A stretch of DNA of 64,000 nucleotides from an uncultured Acidobacteriota bacterium. Its GTDB lineage: Bacteria; Acidobacteriota; Vicinamibacteria; Marinacidobacterales; DATDRI01. The position numbers and the translations under genes were made by a program. This document shows, one piece after another, positions 10,969-19,548 of this stretch. The notes below the pieces were generated by a model. The model saw only the letters and a list, made by a program, of their open reading frames with translations. It was not told the DNA's origin and did no database searches. Position 1 is the first letter of the stretch. Each line of letters starts with the position of its first letter. The stretch covers positions 104,378 to 168,377 of the forward strand of contig CAVROO010000025.1 in the NCBI GenBank assembly GCA_963722765.1. The letters run 5' to 3'.

Positions 10969-11324
10969 ATGAGCTCTCCTTTTCAAATTGTAAAATATTG
11001 TTTTGGAACAATGAATTTGGCCCCGGCAACTACGTGCCGCTTTGCACCTAGCAAAACCTATACCATAGTGAGGAGCGTGGAAAATAAAACAAATATATTT
11101 TAGATGTGGTTGAATTACTTCGACTTATTGATTCGACCCATGGGACAGACCTTGGTCTAAGAGGACTTCTGCAGGAGATAAGTGGCCTTCGAATCCAAAG
11201 CTTTGGATCTCGAATCCGACGGCATGGATTTTCCCAATTATGTTGGCCAGGCCGTGTCTGGCGATCCGTAAGCCAGAAGACGTTAGAATGGAAGTCGCTT
11301 GGTTGTCTTGACAATGGTGTGTTG

Positions 11325-13962
11325 ATGGGTCGTAAAAAGAACAAACGGAAAAAGCCATCGAGCAAAGCGGTTGAGACGACGAGAGAGAAAGAGACGAGCG
11401 CCGATGCGACCTCGACGTTCTCGGCCCGGAGACCGAAGGATTTGAGCAACAAGGCTCTGTGGATTTCAATCGTCCTCGCCCTTATAACGCTCGTCGTCTA
11501 TTTGCCTGTTCTCGGCAACGATTTCGTCAACTACGATGATGACCACTACATCGTCAACAACCACAACGTCCGTTACGGTGTTTCGTGGGACGGTGTCGTC
11601 TACGCTTTTACCTCGTCTCACGGCGCCAATTGGTTTCCTCTCACCTGGCTTTCATGGATGCTCGATTACGAAATCTACGGCATGGAGCCGAGAGGTTTCC
11701 ATCTGACGAACCTCCTCATCCATGTGGCGAGTGTCGTCCTTTTGTTTCTCGTCTTCTGTTCGCATGACCCGCGACGCGGGACCGAGCGCTTTCGTGGCGG
11801 CCGTGTTTGCTCTCCATCCCACTCATGTCGAGTCGGTGGCCTGGGCGGCCGAGAGGAAAGACGTCCTGAGCGCGTTTTTCTGGATTCTCACCCTGTGGGC
11901 CTACGCACACTATGTGGAGCGGCCCACCGCCGGTCGCTACGTTCTCGTGCCACTTTTCCTTGCTCTCGGCCTCATGGCCAAACCGATGTTGGTGACCCTG
12001 CCCTTTGCACTCTTGCTCTTGGACCTCTGGCCTCTGGGGCGCCTGCGTTTCGACCGATCTCGAGTCCTGCGCCTGGTGCTCGAGAAAGTCCCGTTATTCT
12101 TGCTGGTTGCGGCCTCGAGCGCCGTCACCTTTTACGTTCAGAGGGCGGCGGGAGCGGTCCAGTCCGCAGCGACTTATTCACTGGGCACGAGAGTCTGGAA
12201 CGGCCTATTGTCGTACGTGAGCTACATCTATAAAGCATTTTGGCCGGCGGGTCTTGCGGTTTACTACCCTCACCCGGGGGATTCCGTGTCGGTGGGGTGG
12301 GCGCTCGCGGCAGGGGCTGTCTTGGTTCTCGTCACTGCGGTGGTGATGCTCGCGGTTCGTCGTCGCCCGTATCTGGCGGTCGGATGGTTCTGGTACCTCG
12401 GTACCTTGGTCCCCGTGATCGGTTTGGTCCAAGTGGGACAACAGGCCATGGCCGATCGCTACACGTACATTCCCTATATCGGCCTTTCGATCATGCTGGC
12501 TTGGGCCGTCAGGGAAATGGTGGATCGGTTTCGGATCCCGAGCTTCGTGCCCGCGGGAGTGTCGGTTGCGCTTCTTCTGGGTTTGTCGGTCACGGCGGCG
12601 GCTCAAGTGCGGGTTTGGCGGTCGAGCGAAACTCTGTTCGAGCATGCTCTGAGCGTGACCCGAGACAACCCTCTGGCGAATATCAACCTGGGTATCGCCT
12701 ATTTGAATGATGAGAGACTCGAGGAAGCAGAGCGCCACCTGAAAGAAGCGATTCGCATCAACCCTGGAGCGGCCGAAGCACACTCGGCCCTCGGTGCTCT
12801 TTACGCGAAACAGCAAAGGCCCGATGAGGCGCTCGCATCGTATCGCACGGCGCTTCGGCTCGACCCGTCATCGAGCGGAACCCACGACGCGCTTGGTAGG
12901 ATGTTGCTCGAGAGCGGCGATGTTGACCAAGCCGCACTCCAGCTTCGCGAGGCCGTCAACCTCGAGCCCGAAAATGTGCACGCCTTGACGAATCTCGGTG
13001 TGGCGCTCATCCGTCAGGGCCGGTTTCCCGATGCTATCGAAATGCTGGAACAAGCCGCTTTGCTCGACCCGGAGCATGCGGAAGCGCACAACAACTGGGG
13101 TATCGCGCTTGCCAACCTGGGCCGGCACGACGAAGCGGTGGGGCACTACCGGCGTGCCATCGCCGCCCGGCCGGAGTATCTGGAGGCTCACTACAGTTGG
13201 GGTATGACGGAAAACGGTCGGGGCCGTTTCGAGGAAGCCGCCGCCCATTTCGAACGGGCCGCGGCCTTGGCTTCGGAAGATGCCGAGCTTCGGTACCGTC
13301 TCGGAATTGCCTTGGCCAACTCCGGCAAAGCGGGTGAGGCGGCCGAGCAATTTCGCCGGTCCCTCGATCTCGAGCCGGGCCGAAGCGAGACCCACTTCAG
13401 CTTGGGCTTGGCCATGACCCAACTAGGTCAATGGGACGAAGCGGAGGCACAGTTCGGCGATGCACTCGAGCTGGAGCCGGATTACGCCGAGGCACACTAC
13501 AGTCTGGGGATCGTTCTGGCCAACCGTGGCGATTCTCGTGAGGCGGTCGAACGATACCGTCGTGCCTTGGAGATTGAGCCAGGCTATGCGGCGGCCCACA
13601 ACAGCTGGGGAGTGGTTCTGGCCGGTCAGGGACGGATCGGGGAGGCGCTTACCCACTTCGAAAAGGCAGTGGAGCTCGAGCCGGGATTGGCCGATGCTCA
13701 TGTGAATTGCGGCCGGGCGCTCGCTCAATCGGGGCGGCTAACGGAAGCGGAAAGGCACTTTCGCACCGCCGTCGATCTCGACCCTTCGAACGCCGACGGT
13801 TACAACAACTTGGGCGTCTTCCTACTGCAACGAGAAAAGGTTGAGGAGGCTGTGGAGAGCTTTCGCCGGGCTCTTCGTGCCCAACCCAATCATCCGCAAG
13901 CGGGGAGCAACCTCGAGCGCGCCCTCGAGGTTCTTGCTGCCCGACAAAGCTCCGCCCGGTGA
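11325..13962 (+). CDS. membrane PMT_2/DUF1736-like N-domain fused to a long TPR array (one frame change ~11757)
   Basis: ORFs 11106..12233 and 11722..13962 join at ..VVLLFLVF / RMTRDAGPSAFVAAVFALHPTHVESVAWAAERKDVLS... N-terminal multi-TM region with YLPVLGNDFVNYDDD. C-terminal ~450 aa are canonical TPRs (AEAHxxLG.. repeated). Confidence 0.7.
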
Positions 13963-13965
13963 ACC

Positions 13966-15334
13966 ATGAAAAAAACCGCCGCTGGAAGAAAAACTTGGCG
14001 CCGCCGATCCCTTATCTGTGGGGCGAGTCTTCTCGTTTCGAGTCTTCTGTTTCAGGGCTGCCAATCCCGTCGTGATCGGCCCAATATCGTGCTGATCACT
14101 TTGGACACGACGCGGGCCGACCGTATGGGCTGGCATGGCTATCATCGTCCTACCACTCCGGTGCTGGACGGTTTAGCCGAGGAGTCGGTGGTCTATACCC
14201 ATGCCATCGCCACTTCGAGCTGGACCCTGCCGGCCCACGCATCGCTCTTTACCGGCAAGTTCACGGCGAGTCACGGTGCCCGGTACGATTCGGAAGGACC
14301 GCTACGTCTAACGGATGGTATCGGCGGGCCCGAAAACTGGAGTGAGTATCGCGCCCGCGGTCTGAGCCCGAGCGAGACCACCCTTGCCGAAATCTTGAAG
14401 GAAGCCGGCTATGTTACGGGAGCCGTCGTTGGCGGTCCATGGTTGAAGAAGGTCTTCGGGTTCGACAAAGGTTTTGACCATTATGACGACGCGCAGATCC
14501 ACACCGTCAACGGGCGGCTCGCCAGCGAAGTGACTTCTGCGGCCCTGCAGTGGATCGAGAAGGAGGCGGACCACGAGCTCTTTTTGTTTTTAAATTATTT
14601 CGATCCCCATATTCCCTATTCCGCTCCCGAGCCTTTCACGTATCAGTTTTTTTCCGGCGGCGAAGCCTCTTTGGACGAAGAGCTCTCGGTCGAGGAGATG
14701 AGCAATCTCTATGATGCCGAGATCCTCTACATGGACCATCACATCGGGCGACTCCTGGAGGGTCTCAAACGTCTGGGAATCTACGAGCACACCCTTTTCA
14801 TCGTCACTGCTGACCACGGAGAGCTCCTGGGTGAGCATGACAAAAGGGGCCATGGAACGAGCTTGTACCAGGAGGAAATCCACATTCCGCTCTTTATCAG
14901 ATATCCCTATGGCGAGGTTCCACCGGAACGAAGAGATGACCCTATCCAGCTCGTGGACATCCTTCCCTTGGTGCTGGAACAATTGGATCTACCTGTGTCT
15001 GAAGGAGTACAAGGAGGGGTCGGTGACCATCCCATTGTGTCCGAAGTCTATCCTCTACCTTTCATGGGTGGGGGTGGGGACTGGCGGGTGCTCTTCGACG
15101 GAAGACTCAAGTTTTGTTGGAACAGTTTGGGAAATCACCTGCTCTTCGATCTCGAGGCCGACGTCCGAGAAGAGCGCAGTCTTGCCGCCGAGCAAACGGA
15201 GACAACGAGTACCATGAGAATCTCTGCTCGAGGCGTATCTCGCCTCGTTGCCGAAACCGCCGGGGGCCGGCCCGCCGGTGGAGCTCGGTGAAGAAACGAT
15301 CAAGGCCCTTCGGAATCTCGGATACGTCAAGTGA
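13966..15334 (+). CDS. sulfatase-fold (alkaline phosphatase superfamily) enzyme, paralog 1 (frame change ~15218)
   Basis: NIVLITLDTTRADRMGWHGY, SSWTLPAHASLFTGKFTASHG, TADHGELLGEHD. After ~15218 the true C-terminus continues in another frame (ESLLEAYLASLPKPPGAGPPVELGEETIKALRNLGYVK*), matching the tails of the paralogs. Confidence 0.75.
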
Positions 15335-16677
15335 AATTGATTTTGCGAACGCCGACCCCCATCCTGCTTCTTGTCCTTCTGGGGCTTTCCTGCCGGTCAA
15401 CCGAGCGGTCCGATACACCGCGTATCGTGATTCTCGTTTCCGTCGATACGCTGCGCGCCGATCACTTGGGCTTGTACGGATACGACCGACCGACCTCTCC
15501 GACCATCGACGCTCTCGCGGAGGGGGGCGTCATCTTCGAAGACGTCACGAGCCCCTCGCCCTGGACGTTGCCTGCACACGGCTCGATGCTCACCGGTCTT
15601 TATCCAAGCCGGCACGGGCTCAAATCGCATGAGCAATACTTGCCTTCTCGGTTGCCTACACTTGGTTCCATTCTTTCGTCGAACGGTTGGGCCACGGCCG
15701 CGGTGGTCAACTCGCACAACCTCGGCCCGAACTTCGGACTCGACCGAGGCTTTCAGCAATATCGATATGTAGAGGAAACGGCGGATCGAATCGAGCCGAC
15801 CACGCCCGTCACGGAGCAGGCCATGGCGTGGTTGGGGGAGTCTCGACCCCAACCGTTTTTCCTCTTTATCCACTACTATGATGTCCACACGGACTACCGT
15901 TCTCTTCCCGAATACGAAAAGACTTTTGCCGAGCCTTACGAAGGGATTGCCGATGGAACGACGGCACAGCTCGCCGCTTTTCGTGGAGGAAAAATCACTT
16001 TGGACGAGAACGACGCCCGGCACCTCATCAATCTCTATGATGCCGGCATCCGGCAGATGGATGACGAGCTCGGTCGTCTATTGACCTTCCTCGAAAAAGA
16101 AGGATTGTGGAAGGAAACGCTGCTTGTTTTGACCTCGGACCACGGCGAGGAGTTCGGCGAGCACGGAGATTACCTTCATGGTCGCTCCCAGTTCCAGGAA
16201 GTGGTGCGGGTTCCGCTGCTGTTCGCGGGCCCGTCGGTGACCGGTCCGCGGAAGATTCAAACGCCGGTATCGCTGGTCGATTTGGTCCCGACCCTTTTGG
16301 ACCTCGTTGGGATCGAAATTCCCGGCGGGCTCGACGGAGTGAGCCTGCTGTCGTCGATTGAGGAAGGTGAGTCTATCGGGGAGCGTTTCCTTTTCGGCGA
16401 AGCCGATCACAACAACGTGGAGCACGATATGACGCGGGCTGTGCGCCGTCGCGACCTCAAGCTCCATTACAATCGCGTGACTCGAGCTCATCAGCTTTTT
16501 GACCTCGGGGAAGATCCGCAGGAGCACAGAGATGTTTCCGGCGAACGCGACGGTGTGGCCCAAGAAATGCTCGCGGAGCTCCGCAGGTTCATGGAGGTGG
16601 AAGGCGCGAAGGCACCTCGTCGTGTGCTTTCACCGGAGGAGATCGAAAAGCTCCGGAGCCTGGGGTACATCCAGTGA
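15331..16677 (+). CDS. sulfatase-fold (alkaline phosphatase superfamily) enzyme, paralog 2
   Basis: 448-aa ORF, GTGA overlap with paralog 1. Signal peptide, VSVDTLRADHLGLYGY, SPWTLPAHGSMLTGLYPSRHG, TSDHGEEFGEHG, tail EEIEKLRSLGYIQ*. Confidence 0.85.
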   Translation: MKLILRTPTPILLLVLLGLSCRSTERSDTPRIVILVSVDTLRADHLGLYGYDRPTSPTIDALAEGGVIFEDVTSPSPWTLPAHGSMLTGLYPSRHGLKSHEQYLPSRLPTLGSILSSNGWATAAVVNSHNLGPNFGLDRGFQQYRYVEETADRIEPTTPVTEQAMAWLGESRPQPFFLFIHYYDVHTDYRSLPEYEKTFAEPYEGIADGTTAQLAAFRGGKITLDENDARHLINLYDAGIRQMDDELGRLLTFLEKEGLWKETLLVLTSDHGEEFGEHGDYLHGRSQFQEVVRVPLLFAGPSVTGPRKIQTPVSLVDLVPTLLDLVGIEIPGGLDGVSLLSSIEEGESIGERFLFGEADHNNVEHDMTRAVRRRDLKLHYNRVTRAHQLFDLGEDPQEHRDVSGERDGVAQEMLAELRRFMEVEGAKAPRRVLSPEEIEKLRSLGYIQ

Positions 16678-16827
16678 CCGAGCCCGTGCCCTGCCCGAGC
16701 CCGGAAGCAGCAAGAAGATAACTAGTCCACTGATACAGGACACTAGCCGCGCCGTGGCATTAGAATTGTTTCGCTAATCCTTGTATAAATCGCTTTCTTG
16801 AGACCACGAATGGAGTGAGGTGATTTT

Positions 16828-17790
16828 ATGGCTGTGAGTTTGACCGGTAGAAGCTTTTTGTCCTTGACCGATTTTTCTCGAGACGAGCTGCGATATCTTC
16901 TCGATCTCTCGAAAGACTTCCAATCGTTGCGCCGAGCCGGGGTCTACCCGGAACGACTTCGGCACAAGAACATCGCCCTTATCTTCGAAAAAGCCTCCAC
17001 CCGCACCCGTTGCGCTTTTACGGCGGCTGCCGTTGAAGAAGGCGCTCATGCCGAGTTTCTCGGCAAGAACGACATCCAGATGGGAAAAAAGGAATCCTTG
17101 GCGGATACGGCCCGCGTTCTGGGTCGTATGTTCGACGGGATCCAATACCGTGGATTCGAGCAACGAGTCGTAGAGGAACTGGCAAAGTGGGCCGGTGTGC
17201 CCGTTTGGAACGGTTTGACCGACGAATGGCATCCCACCCAGGCTCTGGCGGATTTCATGACCATCGAAGAAAGCTTCGGAGACATTCGTGGGAAGAAGCT
17301 TGTTTACGTGGGAGACGGTCGCAACAACGTGGCCAACACGCTTCTGGTCGGTGCCGCCATCATGGGTTTGAATTGCACGGTCGCGGCGCCCGGCTCGCTT
17401 CATCCCACGCCTGAGCTCATGGATACCGCGACCCGCTATGCCGGAATTTCCGGAGCGGTGATTGAGGTCGAGACCGATGCCAAGAAGGCGGTTCGAGACG
17501 CCGACGCTATTTACACCGATGTCTGGGTCTCCATGGGAGAAGAGGACAAGCCGGGCATCAAGGAACGGGTCGAGGCTTTGCGTCCCTATCAGGTCAATGG
17601 GGAGTTGATGGAGGCCACGGGGAGGCCGGATACGATTTTCTTGCACTGTCTGCCGGCGTACCACACCGATGGAGTTCACGACTTGGAAGTGACGGAAGAA
17701 GTCTTCGAGTCACCCAATTCGAAAGTCTTCGACCAAGCGGAGAACCGGCTCCATACCATCAAGGCGGTCATGGTGGCGACGCTCACGTAG
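16828..17790 (+). CDS. argF: ornithine carbamoyltransferase
   Basis: 320-aa ORF with the OTC/ATC signatures [12 protein letters not shown] (STRTR), [11 protein letters not shown] (HPxQ) and FLHCLPA (HCLP). Confidence 0.9.
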   Translation: MAVSLTGRSFLSLTDFSRDELRYLLDLSKDFQSLRRAGVYPERLRHKNIALIFEKASTRTRCAFTAAAVEEGAHAEFLGKNDIQMGKKESLADTARVLGRMFDGIQYRGFEQRVVEELAKWAGVPVWNGLTDEWHPTQALADFMTIEESFGDIRGKKLVYVGDGRNNVANTLLVGAAIMGLNCTVAAPGSLHPTPELMDTATRYAGISGAVIEVETDAKKAVRDADAIYTDVWVSMGEEDKPGIKERVEALRPYQVNGELMEATGRPDTIFLHCLPAYHTDGVHDLEVTEEVFESPNSKVFDQAENRLHTIKAVMVATLT

Positions 17791-17798
17791 GTCCGGGT

Positions 17799-17879
17799 AG
17801 AGAATTCAGAAGTCAGAACTCAGAATTCAGAAGGAAACGGAGGGACGGCTCGATGATTCGCCGTCCGCATCCGGATTTA
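17799..17879 (+). repeat. short tandem AGAAnTC array + hairpin + CCGGATTTA tail (family copy 2)
   Basis: agaattc agaagtc agaactc agaattc agaagg, then hairpin ggacggc-tcgatgattc-gccgtcc and gcatccggattta. Starts 9 nt after the argF stop. Confidence 0.7.
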
Positions 17880-18313
17880 ACCCTAATCCGACAATAAGCT
17901 CAAGGTAAATTGCAGGAAAAACGGGGACAGGTCCCCTATTGGCAAAGAGAGCGGTCCACCAAAAACGGACCAGTCCCTATTTTTCCAGTAATTTGCGTAG
18001 ATTTCGTGAACTCGGATTAGGGTTCGCCCTGAAGCGAACACGAGCCAACAAAGCCATTGCGTAAAGACACATTAGAACGGCTTCATTTATGAGTGAATCA
18101 CAGACTCTCTTCCCAAGAATAGCGGCCACTATCATGGCGTTTGTTGCGTCTGACAAAGCTGATTCGCTTATTTATTGTCGCTTCAGTCCCTGATGAGTGA
18201 AATTGAATGCAAAAAGTAAACAATTTCCGGGAGCTGACCGCTGATTGCTGATGGCTGATAGCTCGCGGCGAGCCGCGACACCCTTTTGGTTGCGGCTATG
18301 CCGCGTTAGGGTT
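17879..18313 (+). mobile_element. MITE-like composite repeat, copy B (with extra ~165-nt internal segment), TA-flanked
   Basis: tTA-accctaatccgacaat ... gccgcgttagggt-TAa. 13-bp perfect inverted repeat AACCCTAATCCGA/TCGGATTAGGGTT bounds the first 144-nt hairpin module (17879..18022). 18195..18313 matches 6738..6858. Confidence 0.7.
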
Positions 18314-18366
18314 AATCATTGCCAGGGAGAACCTGGCTGCCTACTGAGGGAGCGGGAGGCGGGACA

Positions 18367-19251
18367 ATGACTTGGATAGGCTTCGTCTTTTATGCTCTTG
18401 CTTTAACCGCGAGCGTTCAGGTGGATGTTCGATCCGAGGCGCACGGGCGGGTGCGCGCCATGATGGAAGCAGGTGACGGCCGGGTCGTTTTCTCCGATCT
18501 CTATAACGACCCGGAAATCTCCGATCCGGTCAAGGAATACCTCGGTCGGCTCTACGATATCTACTTCGCGATTCCCGACCATTTGCAGTCTGAGCTCCGC
18601 ACCACGGGTGAAATCCCGTCTCTCGAGGCCGTTGCGGACAACTTCGGAATTCGACGTGAGGACGTCGATCTCTTGCTCGACATCATGACCTCGGAGCCTC
18701 GCATGCCGATGCTCCTTGCGCGCCACGAGGAGACGGAAGAGATCGAAGTGCTGGATCTCAGAGAGATCGACGACTTCATCAAGGAAAAGGGATCTCGGGT
18801 CAAGGTGAGTGGATGGATCGGCACGCCGGTCCCGTCTTTCGAGCTGCCCACGCTCGATGGCTCCACCGTGCGGGATTCGGACCTGAAGGGAACGAACGCC
18901 ATCCTGTTCATCGGGTTGACACGATGTCCGGTCTGCCGGCGCATCACACCGAACATGGTCGAGCTCCAAAAAAAATACAGCGACCGGGGATTGGTCGTGC
19001 TGGGACTCAGTGCCGACGAAGTACTCGATGTCGGCGTTGCTGATGAGGAACGGGAGGAGTTTATGCGGGAGCGCGGGGTTACCTATCGGGTCGCGATGCT
19101 CGATGTGAAAACTCGCGCCGCTCTTGGCAACGGAAACATCTTTCCCATGCTCTTTTTTGTCGGGACTGATGGAACGATTGAACGGCTGGTTCTGAACTAT
19201 CAGAAGCTCGAAGAACTGGAAAAGATGACAGAGGAGTTGCTAACAAAATAA
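18367..19251 (+). CDS. TlpA-like periplasmic thiol-disulfide oxidoreductase with N-terminal extra domain
   Basis: ATG 18367 after GGGAGGCGGGA. Signal anchor MTWIGFVFYALALTASV. C-terminal thioredoxin fold with PSFELPTLDGSTVRDSDLKGTNAILFIGLTRCPVCRR (CxxC). Confidence 0.75.
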   Translation: MTWIGFVFYALALTASVQVDVRSEAHGRVRAMMEAGDGRVVFSDLYNDPEISDPVKEYLGRLYDIYFAIPDHLQSELRTTGEIPSLEAVADNFGIRREDVDLLLDIMTSEPRMPMLLARHEETEEIEVLDLREIDDFIKEKGSRVKVSGWIGTPVPSFELPTLDGSTVRDSDLKGTNAILFIGLTRCPVCRRITPNMVELQKKYSDRGLVVLGLSADEVLDVGVADEEREEFMRERGVTYRVAMLDVKTRAALGNGNIFPMLFFVGTDGTIERLVLNYQKLEELEKMTEELLTK

Positions 19252-19254
19252 CCC

Positions 19255-19314
19255 GGCAACGGGGCCTCTGTGCCCGAGAAATCCCCGGCACAGCCGCTGG
19301 CCGGCCCCGTTGCC
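19255..19314. repeat. nested GC-rich hairpin (REP/terminator-like) after the TlpA-like gene
   Basis: Outer 12-bp stem ggcaacggggcc/ggccccgttgcc enclosing inner stem ctgtgcc/ggcacag. No T-run. Inner loop shares aaatccccgg with the 8011..8039 hairpin. Confidence 0.5.
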
Positions 19315-19548
19315 AGGCCGTTCATTCCACCCGCCGAATCATCAAAATATACTAGTAACCTGGGGTAATTATATCACTGTTGCGACGAAAGTACCAAATA
19401 AATATCTAGTCTGGCCGATTTAAACCATTCTCCCTACGCGGGCCGATTGCAATAGAATAGGAGGCCGACTCGCGAGGGGCGAGTCAACTTCCCCCATACT
19501 GAATCTTGGGGAATATAAAGCGGACTTAAATACAAAAGGAAATCATTG

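Noticed and set aside
16757-16772. A sigma-54-like motif TGGCATTAGAATTGTT upstream of argF, and cGGCACGtagTTGCc (11024..11038, minus) upstream of the TonB receptor.
   Set aside because: The first has GT instead of the near-invariant GC at -12. The second has GG-N9-GC spacing, and sigma-54 does not tolerate spacing changes. They are kept only as possible decayed sites.
18188-18205. The hammerhead-ribozyme-like word CTGATGAG followed by GAAA, inside MITE copy B.
   Set aside because: The corresponding position in copy A reads cttactagtgaaa, so the motif is not conserved. I could not find flanking helices I-III. It is probably a chance match.
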